A DNA stretch of 64,000 nucleotides from Bacteroides sp. CAG:545 (GTDB taxonomy: Bacteria > Bacteroidota > Bacteroidia > Bacteroidales > UBA932): assembly GCA_000432515.1 (NCBI GenBank), contig HF996057.1, positions 2,905 through 66,904 of the forward strand, in the 5' to 3' direction. Numbering within the stretch: position 1 is the first letter of the stretch; each line of letters starts with the position of its first letter. Position numbers and translations under genes: made by a program. Under the pieces are notes generated by a model that saw nothing but the letters and a program-made list of their open reading frames with translations, did not search any database and was not told the DNA's origin. Shown here piece by piece: positions 37,351-46,575 of this stretch.

Positions 37351-37764
37351 ATGGTGTACTTTGAGACCAGTTTTCCTGTACGCTACTATGAAACGGACCA
37401 GATGGGAATCGTTCACCATTCAAATTATATCCGTTACTTCGAGTGCGCGCGAAATCTGATGATAAGGGAAGGCGGATATCCGATAGAACAATGCGAGGCG
37501 GAAGGAATCGTGATACCTGTCGTATCCGTGGAATGCAAATACAAACATTCGGCTAAGATGGGGGACGTGCTGAGGTGCACGGCCGCCATCGACAAGCTGC
37601 CGTTGGCAAAGCTCGTCATCAAGCAGGCTGTCTATAATCAGGATAATGTGCTGTGTGCTTGCGGTCAGGTGGTTTTAGGTTTCTTGAACAAGGAAACCGG
37701 TCGTCCTGTAGCTTGCCCTGAAAAAATGCTGGAGATGATAAACTCCAGAATGAATGATAGATAA
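37351..37764 (+). CDS. Acyl-CoA thioesterase (hotdog fold, YbgC/4HBT-like)
   Basis: 137 aa. The YYETDQMGIVHHSNYIRYFE N-terminus is typical of 4HBT-family thioesterases. Confidence 0.7.
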   Translation: MVYFETSFPVRYYETDQMGIVHHSNYIRYFECARNLMIREGGYPIEQCEAEGIVIPVVSVECKYKHSAKMGDVLRCTAAIDKLPLAKLVIKQAVYNQDNVLCACGQVVLGFLNKETGRPVACPEKMLEMINSRMNDR

Positions 37765-37786
37765 TTACTCTTAAAATCAATAAGTT

Positions 37787-38002
37787 ATGACAATTTATCC
37801 GTTAGGCGTACTTGGTCCGTGGGAAATAGTTATCATCGCTTTGGTGATTCTCCTTCTTTTCGGTGGAAAGAAAATTCCTGAACTCATGCGCGGTTTGGGT
37901 AAGGGTGTAAGAAGTTTCAAGGATGGAATGAGTGACGTTGAAAAACAGATCAACGACATCGACAATGATGCCGACAAACCGTCAAAAACTGATTCTAAGT
38001 AA
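37787..38002 (+). CDS. tatA: Twin-arginine translocase TatA/E
   Basis: 71 aa with a single N-terminal TM helix followed by an amphipathic helix ([36 protein letters not shown]). Confidence 0.8.
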   Translation: MTIYPLGVLGPWEIVIIALVILLLFGGKKIPELMRGLGKGVRSFKDGMSDVEKQINDIDNDADKPSKTDSK

Positions 38003-38037
38003 TAAATTCTGGAACAGTGGGCGGAAGTGGCGATGAA

Positions 38038-38766
38038 ATGAGTTTCTGGGATCACCTTGACGTGCTGAGGGGAACATTGTTCCGCTCAGTGCTCTGCATT
38101 GTGTTTTTCAGTGTGATTCTCCTGTGCTTCAAGGGATTTCTGTTCGATGACGTAATTCTCGCGCCGACAAGGCCTGATTTCTGGCTTTACAGTTGGCTGA
38201 ACTTGCCGTTTGAGATGCAACTGATAAATACTGACATTTCCGCGCAGTTTTTCATTCATCTCAAGGTTTCGTTTATCTGCGGTTTTGTAATATCCTTTCC
38301 TTATGTTTGTTATGAGGTGTGGATGTTTGTAGCTCCGGCACTTTATCCGGCAGAGAAATCGGCAGTCAGGAAGGCGTTTTCATTCGCTTCTGTTCTTTTT
38401 TATGCAGGACTCGTAATCGGCTATTACCTCATACTGCCCATCACATTGAATTTCTTCCAGAACTATACTGTCAGTTCCGAAGTCATGAACACCATCACTC
38501 TCGATTCGTACATTTCGATGTTCACGTCAATGGTGCTTCTGTTCGGAATTGTTTTCGAGTTTCCTGTCCTGATCGCGGTGCTGAACAGAATGGGAATAGT
38601 TTCAAGGGAAAGCCTGGGCAAATACAGAAAGCATGCTGTGGTGGCGATTCTCATTATCGCCGCTATAATTACGCCTGCTGACCCGTTTTCAATGCTGATT
38701 GCAGCGGCGCCGCTTTATCTCTTGTACGAACTGAGCATATTGGCGTGCGTCAGAAAATCTGAATAA
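38038..38766 (+). CDS. tatC: Twin-arginine translocase TatC
   Basis: The internal ATG gives MSFWDHLDVLRGTLFRS. There are 6 predicted TM segments, and the gene lies downstream of tatA. Confidence 0.8.
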   Translation: MSFWDHLDVLRGTLFRSVLCIVFFSVILLCFKGFLFDDVILAPTRPDFWLYSWLNLPFEMQLINTDISAQFFIHLKVSFICGFVISFPYVCYEVWMFVAPALYPAEKSAVRKAFSFASVLFYAGLVIGYYLILPITLNFFQNYTVSSEVMNTITLDSYISMFTSMVLLFGIVFEFPVLIAVLNRMGIVSRESLGKYRKHAVVAILIIAAIITPADPFSMLIAAAPLYLLYELSILACVRKSE

Positions 38767-38777
38767 TAATCTCTGAA

Positions 38778-40700
38778 ATGATATCAATTAACGGTATTAC
38801 AGTTGCTTACGGAAGTTATGTGCTGCTGGACAATGTCAGTTTTCATATAAGCGAAAATGACAAAATCGGTCTGGTAGGCAAGAACGGAGCGGGGAAGTCC
38901 ACGATAATGAAACTGATATGTGGCGAGCAGGCTCCGACATCAGGGCACATTGACCTTCCGAATCATATAAAGATAGGATATCTGCCGCAGATAATGCAGC
39001 ATAACAAGGGAAAGACCGTCATTGAAGAAACGATGACGGCTTTTGCGTCAATGACTGCACTCGAAAATGAGCTTGACGAGATAGGCCGTCAGCTTGCGGA
39101 AAGGACTGACTACGAGTCAGATGAATATATGTCATTGATTTCCAGGATGAATGAGATCAATGATACTTTGGCGATAGAGCATTCGGAACCGCCTGCTGTC
39201 CAGGCCGAGAAGACATTGTTGGGACTCGGTTTCAAGGATGAGGATTTCGGCCGAAAGACTGAGACTTTCAGCCAGGGCTGGAATATGCGTATAGAATTGG
39301 CGAAAATCCTTCTCTCCAGACCGGACGTGCTGCTGCTCGACGAGCCTACCAACCATCTGGATATCGAGTCCATCGAATGGCTTGAAGATTATCTGAAGGC
39401 TTATCGCGGCTCAGTTTTGCTCGTATCTCATGACAGGCGCTTCCTGGACAATGTCACCAACCGTACAATCGAGATAATGGTGGGACATATCCACGATTAC
39501 AAAGTGCCTTATACTCAGTATCTTGAGCTTCGTAAGGAGCGTCTTCATCAGCAGGTGGCCGCTTATGAAAACCAGCAGAAGATGATAGAAAAGACTGAGG
39601 ATTTCATAAACAAGTTCAGGTACAAGCCGACAAAGTCAAATCAGGTGCAGTCCAGAATCAAGGCTCTCGAAAAACTGGACCGGATTGAGATCGATGAGAC
39701 GGACAATTCCACGATGACGGTGAAATTTCCTCCGGCTCCGCGTTCTGGAGATGTGGTGTTCAAAGGAACAGACCTGACTGTAGGTTATCCACAGAAAGTC
39801 GTGTTCAAGAATGCTGAAATAGAAATCAGACGAGGAGAGAAGGTCGCGCTTGTGGGCAGGAACGGTGAAGGAAAGACCACATTGATGCGAGTCATAATGG
39901 GGGAATTGGAGCCAATATCTGGTGAAGCCCGTGTCGGGCATAATGTCAATGTGGGCTATTTTGCTCAGAATCAGGAGGATGTGCTCGACAAAAGTCTTAC
40001 TGTACTGGAAACGCTCGAAAGCATTGCTTCCGGTGATATCCGCACCAAACTGAGAGATATCCTTGCCGCTTTCCTTTTCAAGGGAGAGGACATTGACAAG
40101 AAAGTGGCGATTCTGAGCGGTGGCGAGAGGGCACGTCTTGGAATGGCGAAGCTGATGCTTCAGCCGTATAACCTGCTGGCGCTCGATGAGCCTACAAACC
40201 ACATGGACATCCGCTCAAAGGATGTGCTGAAACAGGCTCTGAAGAATTTTGACGGCACATTGGTAATCGTTTCGCACGACAGGGATTTCCTGGATGGCCT
40301 TGTGGACAAGCTGTACGAATTCAGGGACGGTCGTGTCAAGGAGCATCTGGGTGGAATTCAGGACTTCCTGGATGAGCGCAGAATAGAAACTCTCCAGGAA
40401 CTTGAACGGAGGTTCAAACCTGAGGAAAAGCCTGTGGTACAGGAAGTTTCAGAAGGAAAGAAAGATTTTGTGGCACGAAAAGCCGTCTCCAAAGAGGAAC
40501 GTAAGGTGCGTAACCGCATAGCTTTCCTGGAAAAGGAGATCGCAAAACTTGAGGAAAGCATGAAGAAAATAGAGGCAGTGCTGTCTTCTCCGGGAGCTGA
40601 TGATGTGATGGAACTGACCAGAACGTATCTGGAAGACAAAAGAGACTTGGATGCCAAGACCGAGGAGTGGGCAGAACTCTCGGAAAACATTGACGGATAG
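38778..40700 (+). CDS. ABC-F family ATPase (two ABC domains, no TMD)
   Basis: 640 aa with two Walker A motifs (GKNGAGKST; GRNGEGKTT), two signatures (LSGGERARL) and a C-terminal coiled coil. Confidence 0.85.
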   Translation: MISINGITVAYGSYVLLDNVSFHISENDKIGLVGKNGAGKSTIMKLICGEQAPTSGHIDLPNHIKIGYLPQIMQHNKGKTVIEETMTAFASMTALENELDEIGRQLAERTDYESDEYMSLISRMNEINDTLAIEHSEPPAVQAEKTLLGLGFKDEDFGRKTETFSQGWNMRIELAKILLSRPDVLLLDEPTNHLDIESIEWLEDYLKAYRGSVLLVSHDRRFLDNVTNRTIEIMVGHIHDYKVPYTQYLELRKERLHQQVAAYENQQKMIEKTEDFINKFRYKPTKSNQVQSRIKALEKLDRIEIDETDNSTMTVKFPPAPRSGDVVFKGTDLTVGYPQKVVFKNAEIEIRRGEKVALVGRNGEGKTTLMRVIMGELEPISGEARVGHNVNVGYFAQNQEDVLDKSLTVLETLESIASGDIRTKLRDILAAFLFKGEDIDKKVAILSGGERARLGMAKLMLQPYNLLALDEPTNHMDIRSKDVLKQALKNFDGTLVIVSHDRDFLDGLVDKLYEFRDGRVKEHLGGIQDFLDERRIETLQELERRFKPEEKPVVQEVSEGKKDFVARKAVSKEERKVRNRIAFLEKEIAKLEESMKKIEAVLSSPGADDVMELTRTYLEDKRDLDAKTEEWAELSENIDG

Positions 40701-40725
40701 AAGATTGGCTAAACTTGAGTAATAT

Positions 40726-41811
40726 ATGTTCGTACTTGATTCCCACTGTGATACGCCATCACAGATAATGAGGTTGAGAAATCTGGGCATCGACAACCCG
40801 TATGCTCATGTGGATTTTCCGAAATTGGCGCGAGGGGGAGTGGACGCTTCCTTTTTCGCATTGTTCACACCTGGCACGATGGCGCCAGATGCTGCCACAA
40901 GGTATGCTTTGGAAATGCTGGCAGGTGTCAATGATGCTGTAGAGGCCGCCCCGGACATGGCCGCAATGGCATATTCACCGGAAGATGCTCTGAAGAACAA
41001 GGCCGCCGGCAAGACCTCCATCTTTATCGGCTTGGAAAACGGTTTGCCTATACAGGAGAGTCTGGCTTTGCTCAGGCAGTTCTATCGTATGGGAGTACGT
41101 TATCTCACATTGACACATAATACTGACAATCAGATATGTGACTCTGCGGCACAGGGAAAAAGATGGGGCGGTCTGAGTCCGTTCGGAAGAAAGGTCGTGG
41201 CTGAAATGAACCGGCTCGGAATGGTTATCGACCTGGCACATGCTTCTGATTCCACGTTCTTCGATTGTGTGCGCTGTTCCAAGGCACCTGTCGTTTCTAC
41301 CCATTCATGCTGCAGGGCATTGGCAAGTCACCGTAGAAACATGTCAGACGAAATGCTGAAGGCGATTGCCGCGGTGGATGGCGTCATACAGATAAACTTC
41401 TATCCGTTGTTCTTGTCTGATGATTTCGGCATTGAACTGGAGAAATCCGGATTGGATCCGATAGCCGACGCTGTGGAAGCACAGTTCATACAAGATCCGG
41501 CGTCACCTGAAAAATATCGTGCCTGGGTGGAAGTCCAGAAGAAATTGTCAATGCTGAAGCGCCCGTCCTACAAGACGGTTGTCGATCATATCGACCATGC
41601 GGTAAGTGTCGCCGGGATTGACCATGTCGGAATCGGCTCCGATTTTGACGGAATCAATGTGACTCCGGAAGGGTTGGAAGACGTCTCCAAGATGCCGGTA
41701 ATCTTCGACGAAATGAGAAAACGGGGCTACTCTGAAAATGACATCGAAAAGGTTGCCGGAGCCAATTTCTTGCGTGTCATGAGGGACGTAAGATCCGTAT
41801 CTGAGGGCTAA
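40726..41811 (+). CDS. Membrane dipeptidase (peptidase family M19)
   Basis: 361 aa with an N-terminal LDSHCDTP motif typical of M19. Confidence 0.8.
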   Translation: MFVLDSHCDTPSQIMRLRNLGIDNPYAHVDFPKLARGGVDASFFALFTPGTMAPDAATRYALEMLAGVNDAVEAAPDMAAMAYSPEDALKNKAAGKTSIFIGLENGLPIQESLALLRQFYRMGVRYLTLTHNTDNQICDSAAQGKRWGGLSPFGRKVVAEMNRLGMVIDLAHASDSTFFDCVRCSKAPVVSTHSCCRALASHRRNMSDEMLKAIAAVDGVIQINFYPLFLSDDFGIELEKSGLDPIADAVEAQFIQDPASPEKYRAWVEVQKKLSMLKRPSYKTVVDHIDHAVSVAGIDHVGIGSDFDGINVTPEGLEDVSKMPVIFDEMRKRGYSENDIEKVAGANFLRVMRDVRSVSEG

Positions 41812-41828
41812 ATATTGGCAGATTATTA

Positions 41829-41880
41829 ACAAAAATGAATGTAACAAAAATGTTTTCATCTAAAACATCATTGTTACATT
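41829..41880. terminator. Long near-perfect hairpin (about 22-bp stem, 5-nt loop) between convergent genes, a likely bidirectional terminator
   Basis: aatgaatgtaacaaaaatgttttca-tct-aaaacatcattgttacattcatt, seen directly in the sequence. Confidence 0.55.
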
Positions 41881-41889
41881 CATTGATTA

Positions 41890-43167
41890 TTAAATAGATA
41901 GGTCTGCCTTTACAACAGTTAACAGAAAATACAATGCTGACGCGGCAAAACGCTCGATGTTCCGCTTACGGTCATTTTTGTAATTGAATTTCTTCGTTTT
42001 TGTAACTCCGGAAGTAGTGCTGACACCCACCCAGACTGTGCCGTCAGGGTTTACACCGTCACCTCCTCCAGGGCCGGCAAGACCTGTGGTGGAAACAGCA
42101 TAGTCAGAGCCGAGAAGTGTGCGTACTCCGTCAGCCATGGCAGCTGCCACCTCGCTGCTTACCACGCCATGCCTTTCAATAATCTCAGCCGGAACGCCCA
42201 GCACTTTTTCCTTTACCGGGATGGCGTATGAAGTCACGGAACCAAGATAATATTCTGAAGAGCCGGGAACCGTTGTGATCAGATGTGAGATCTCTCCGCC
42301 GGTGCAGGACTCGGCAGCACTCAATGTCTTGTGGTGCGCTTTCAGAATCTCACCCAGGGCGTGTTCAAGCGTATCATCGCAGTCGGAGTAGATAACATCC
42401 CCAAGAATCGCTTTCAATGCCTCAAAACGCTCGGAAATGCGGGCTTCTTCCTCATTCTTGTCTCCACCATAGATGGAGAGCCTTAATCTGACGCCTGTGA
42501 GGGGATTAGGAAGGTAAGCGAGATGCATGTCAGAAGGCAGTGAGTCTTCCCAGTCCTCGATTTTCTTTGCAAGGGCAGACTCCGCCAAGGAGTAAGTCAT
42601 TATGCTTCTGTGATATATGGCAGTCAGACCGAAATGCGCATGGATATCGTTTATCACGTCAGGAAGCATATTCATTGTCTCGAACGGAACACCTGGCATC
42701 GAATACAGCACTGCCGGATGCCCATATCTCGATTCTGGGAAACGGAATACCATAATAGGAGCCGTTCCGTAGCGGTTGGGGATAACTTCACATTTGTCCG
42801 GGACGCTTGCTTGAGCCACGTTCGTATCCAGTATGTCGAGACCGCGGGAATGAAGTATGTTCCTCATTATCAATGACTGAGCCTCGTTTATGACATAGCT
42901 CCCGCTGCCGGAAAGTTCTGCCAGTGCAGCTTTTGTGATATCATCTTTGGTAGGTCCCAGTCCGCCTGTGCATATCACCACTTCATGAGTCCTGAGTTCC
43001 TCGTCCAGTGCAGAAACGATCACGTCGTGAACATCACCTATTGATCTCATCTGTGTGACTTTCAATCCGATAGCATTAAGCGCCACAGCTATTCCGCTTG
43101 AATTCGTGTCCACAATCTGGCCGATCAGAATCTCGTCCCCGATTGTGCAGATACTTGCCTCTGTCAT
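41890..43167 (-). CDS. cinA: Competence/damage-inducible protein CinA (MocF-like N-domain plus CinA C-domain)
   Basis: The internal ATG gives MTEASICTIGDEILIGQIVDTNS. Confidence 0.8.
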   Translation of the reverse strand: MTEASICTIGDEILIGQIVDTNSSGIAVALNAIGLKVTQMRSIGDVHDVIVSALDEELRTHEVVICTGGLGPTKDDITKAALAELSGSGSYVINEAQSLIMRNILHSRGLDILDTNVAQASVPDKCEVIPNRYGTAPIMVFRFPESRYGHPAVLYSMPGVPFETMNMLPDVINDIHAHFGLTAIYHRSIMTYSLAESALAKKIEDWEDSLPSDMHLAYLPNPLTGVRLRLSIYGGDKNEEEARISERFEALKAILGDVIYSDCDDTLEHALGEILKAHHKTLSAAESCTGGEISHLITTVPGSSEYYLGSVTSYAIPVKEKVLGVPAEIIERHGVVSSEVAAAMADGVRTLLGSDYAVSTTGLAGPGGGDGVNPDGTVWVGVSTTSGVTKTKKFNYKNDRKRNIERFAASALYFLLTVVKADLSI

Positions 43168-43171
43168 AGCT

Positions 43172-44209
43172 TTACAAATTATTGGAATCCAATTTTTTAA
43201 GTATTCTCTCAACCAGTGCCGGCCCCTCATAGATGAAGCCGCTGTAAATCTCTACCAGTGAAGCTCCTGCATCAAGCATTTCCTGAGCCTGTTCCGGCGA
43301 CATGATGCCGCCCACACCGATTACAGGCAATTTTCCGCCTGTTTTGCTCGAGATATATCTTACCATTTCGAGATTTCTTTCGTAAATCGGGGCGCCTGAC
43401 ATGCCTCCGTTGCCGATTTCGTCTATCTTCTCTTGTGGAATCGTAAGGCCGTCGCGCTTCCTCGTCGTATTACCTGCCACTATACCGTCAATGCCAGAAA
43501 GCATGGCATAGTCCAGAATCTCATCTATCTGAGTATGAGTCAGATCCGGAGACAATTTCAGCAAAATAGGCTTATATACGTCAAGTCCTGTCCTCATGTT
43601 CAGGATGTTGTCCATGAAGTCGGACAGCGCTGATGTGTCCTGGAGGCTTGTAAGGCCTACTACATTAGGGCAGGAGATATTGACCACAAACATATCCACG
43701 AAGTCGTACAGAAGGGAAAAAGCCGCTTTGTAATCTTCTGCGACCTGTTCTCCCTGAGACGCCGAATTCGGTGCAATGTTACCCGCGATTATCACCTCCG
43801 GATGCTCCTTGTTAAGGTTTGCTATCGCATTGGCAATGCCCTTGTTGTTGATGCCCATACGATTGATGATTGCCCTGTCCTTGATAACCCTGAACAGTCT
43901 CGGCTTAGGATTTCCCGGCTGCGGCTTTACTGTCAATGAGCCTATTTCGACGAAACCGAAACCAAAGTCAGACAACTCGTTATAACATTCGCCGTTCTTG
44001 TCCAGACCACCTGCAAGTCCTACTGGATTCGGAAACTTGATGCCGAATACTTCCTTGGCCAATGCAGGGTGTTCCCGTTTATAGATCAGTCTGATGATGC
44101 TGCGTACGAAAGGAATCTTTCCCAATACCTTGAGACAGTTCAATGTGAACTGATGAGCCGTCTCAGGATTGAATTTGAATAGAATCGGTCGGATGATGGA
44201 CTTGTACAT
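43172..44209 (-). CDS. pyrD: Dihydroorotate dehydrogenase (quinone), class 2
   Basis: 345 aa with an N-terminal membrane-associated extension and blocks FPNPVGLAGGLDKNGE and GFGFVEIGSLT. Confidence 0.9.
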   Translation of the reverse strand: MYKSIIRPILFKFNPETAHQFTLNCLKVLGKIPFVRSIIRLIYKREHPALAKEVFGIKFPNPVGLAGGLDKNGECYNELSDFGFGFVEIGSLTVKPQPGNPKPRLFRVIKDRAIINRMGINNKGIANAIANLNKEHPEVIIAGNIAPNSASQGEQVAEDYKAAFSLLYDFVDMFVVNISCPNVVGLTSLQDTSALSDFMDNILNMRTGLDVYKPILLKLSPDLTHTQIDEILDYAMLSGIDGIVAGNTTRKRDGLTIPQEKIDEIGNGGMSGAPIYERNLEMVRYISSKTGGKLPVIGVGGIMSPEQAQEMLDAGASLVEIYSGFIYEGPALVERILKKLDSNNL

Positions 44210-44287
44210 ACTGGATATGAATTTTACGACTGCAAAGATACTCAGAATCTTGCCTTCTTGTCAATCCATACTGAAAAATATGTCCTT

Positions 44288-44764
44288 TTACTTTATTTCA
44301 ATGAAAGTATTGTCATCGTAAAACACTACAATTTTCGATATTTTACGCTGATTATCAATTACTTGAATAGGGCCGGCAGGGGAGTCCTGACTCTTCGTGG
44401 CTTCAATATTCGTCTCTCGCCCTGCAGATGTACGGGCAATATTGGATTCTCGCGGCGTCTGGACAGGCATTTCCTGTACAACAGGCTGTGAAAACAAATC
44501 AGGAGCAGGATTCGCTTCCTGAGTCGGGGCAGCTTGTGGCTTCTCGACCATCATGGTCTTGTACATCTTGCCTTTGCCGTTCATTAGCCATTCAATGTTA
44601 AGGTTAGGGTAGTGCTCCATCATACTGTTCAGAAAATCCCAGCCGGGTTTGTTCCTTCCTGCCAATATATGGGACACACTTGCTCTTGCCACATTGATGG
44701 TGTCGGCAAACTGAGACTGGGAGATGTTCTCCGCAGCAAGAAATTGTTCTAATCTGCTGTTCAT
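44288..44764 (-). CDS. XRE-type helix-turn-helix protein with Pro/Gln-rich C-terminal half
   Basis: The internal ATG gives MNSRLEQFLAAENISQSQFADTINVARASVSHILAGRNKP (HTH_3-like). This small HTH family is common in Bacteroidales. Confidence 0.6.
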   Translation of the reverse strand: MNSRLEQFLAAENISQSQFADTINVARASVSHILAGRNKPGWDFLNSMMEHYPNLNIEWLMNGKGKMYKTMMVEKPQAAPTQEANPAPDLFSQPVVQEMPVQTPRESNIARTSAGRETNIEATKSQDSPAGPIQVIDNQRKISKIVVFYDDNTFIEIK

Positions 44765-45346
44765 ATTTCTAAACGTTGTGGTTACAAAAGTAATACGAAT
44801 AAATGTAAAAAACAAGTGTTTACATTTGGTTATCTTGTACACAGGTGTAAATTGTAAACAGATACACAATAAAGATAGACTAAAAACAACTTGATATAAT
44901 AAAACGTAAATACTTAGGTTTCAGCGGATAAACATTTAAATATAATTCCCACACCTCTATTTTACGCCACTCAGAGCAGGAATTTACACTAAATAAGTAA
45001 ATCAATAGTTAAAGTATCGTAATATAAAACTCAGAATATCAATAATATAGCATCCTTAAAAATACGTTATAAAAAACACTTATATTACATTGGTTAAAAT
45101 TTACAAATACAAACACATTATATTGTTAACTTATGTTAAATTTACAACAATTAACAGAAGCGACAATGATGTAACGGGGTTAAGGTTAATTTTGTAAACA
45201 GGGCGAATACACAAATGGTAAACTCCGTGACATTCTCAAATTCACAGAATTTTCAAAAGTTCTTCCGATATTCTTAATCTATGCGTAATTTTGCAGCCGC
45301 AAACGATGAAAGACATAATGTCTGCAATCGTACATAAGAAAATACA
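44765..45346. promoter_or_regulatory. 580-bp AT-rich (about 28% GC) divergent intergenic island with clustered TGTAAACA/AATTTACA motifs
   Basis: 8 copies of TTTACA/TGTAAA lie in about 450 bp, against an expectation of about 1. There are 3 copies of the 8-mer TGTAAACA/TGTTTACA and 4 copies of AATTTACA(A/C). Confidence 0.4.
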
Positions 45347-46564
45347 TTGAATATGATACCTGAACTGAGAATAGAAGATTATAACTACCCGCTGCCAGAT
45401 GAAAGGATCGCAAAATATCCCCTGTCAGAGCGTGATTCTTCCAAATTATTGAGATACGAGAACGGAAAAGTCTCCGAATATGTATTCCGTGACATTCCCG
45501 GTCTGCTTCCTGACAATGCCATAATGGTATTCAACGACACTAAAGTCGTTCCTGCTCGTCTGCATTTTGTACGACCTACTGGTGCCAGAATCGAGATTTT
45601 CTGCTTGCAGCCTGTAAAACCTGAGGAATACAACCTGTCATTTGCCGCAACTGAATCCTGCACTTGGAAATGCGTAATCGGCAATGCCAAGAAATGGAAA
45701 GGAGATGTACTTTCGCTCTATAACCCGCAGGAAGATGAGGCAGTTACGGCATTGAACATGCGTGCTGAACTGGTCTCAAGAGAAGGTGAAACCGGCATTG
45801 TACGCTTCAGCTGGGACGGCGGCCATCCGTTCTCACGTGTTCTTGAGATCTGCGGAACAATCCCTATTCCACCATATCTGAACCGGGAAAGCGAGGCTTT
45901 GGACGTGGAACGTTATCAGACGCTTTATGCTAAGATAAGAGGCTCTGTAGCAGCTCCTACGGCAGGTCTTCATTTTACGGAGAAAGTCCTTGAGGAGATC
46001 AAGGCCAGAGGCATTGACATGGAAACCGTGTGTCTGCACGTAGGTGCCGGTACATTCCTCCCAGTAAAGGATTCGGAAGTTTCCAAACATTCAATGCATC
46101 GTGAGCCGTTTGTCGTGTCCCTGGACTTCCTGAAGGACATTCTGGAATCCGGAAAAAAGATAATCGCTGTCGGAACCACTTCTGTAAGGACGCTTGAATC
46201 CCTGTACTATGTGGGCGTGAGCTGTATTGAAAAAGGTCATCCGGAGGATGTGGAGCAGTGGGCTCCTTACACACGTGAGTATGAACCGACCACCCGGGAA
46301 GCCATTGCGGCGCTTGTCAAATACTTGGAAGACAATTCATTGACAGAACTCAAGGTCGGGACGCGCATCATCATTGTCCCAGGATTCAAATTCCGTCTTG
46401 TGGATGTTCTGGTGACGAATTTCCATCAGCCTGAGAGTACATTGATCCTGCTTGTGTCCGCTTTCGTGGGTGGAGACTGGCGTACAATTTACGATTACGC
46501 GCTGTCCCATGATTTCCGCTTCCTGAGCTATGGGGACAGTTCGCTGCTGTTCAGAAACTGTTAA
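45347..46564 (+). CDS. queA: tRNA preQ1(34) S-adenosylmethionine ribosyltransferase-isomerase
   Basis: LRIEDYNYPLPDERIAKYPLSERDSSKLL N-terminus and QueA-like C-terminal blocks. At 405 aa it is somewhat longer than the usual 350. Confidence 0.8.
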   Translation: MNMIPELRIEDYNYPLPDERIAKYPLSERDSSKLLRYENGKVSEYVFRDIPGLLPDNAIMVFNDTKVVPARLHFVRPTGARIEIFCLQPVKPEEYNLSFAATESCTWKCVIGNAKKWKGDVLSLYNPQEDEAVTALNMRAELVSREGETGIVRFSWDGGHPFSRVLEICGTIPIPPYLNRESEALDVERYQTLYAKIRGSVAAPTAGLHFTEKVLEEIKARGIDMETVCLHVGAGTFLPVKDSEVSKHSMHREPFVVSLDFLKDILESGKKIIAVGTTSVRTLESLYYVGVSCIEKGHPEDVEQWAPYTREYEPTTREAIAALVKYLEDNSLTELKVGTRIIIVPGFKFRLVDVLVTNFHQPESTLILLVSAFVGGDWRTIYDYALSHDFRFLSYGDSSLLFRNC

Positions 46565-46575
46565 TGCCCAGTGGT

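Noticed and set aside
44765-45346. Chromosomal replication origin (oriC) in the AT-rich island
   Set aside because: No cluster of DnaA-box-like 9-mers (TTATCCACA or close variants) was found. dnaA, dnaN and gyrB are not adjacent. The motif enriched here is TGTAAACA-type instead.
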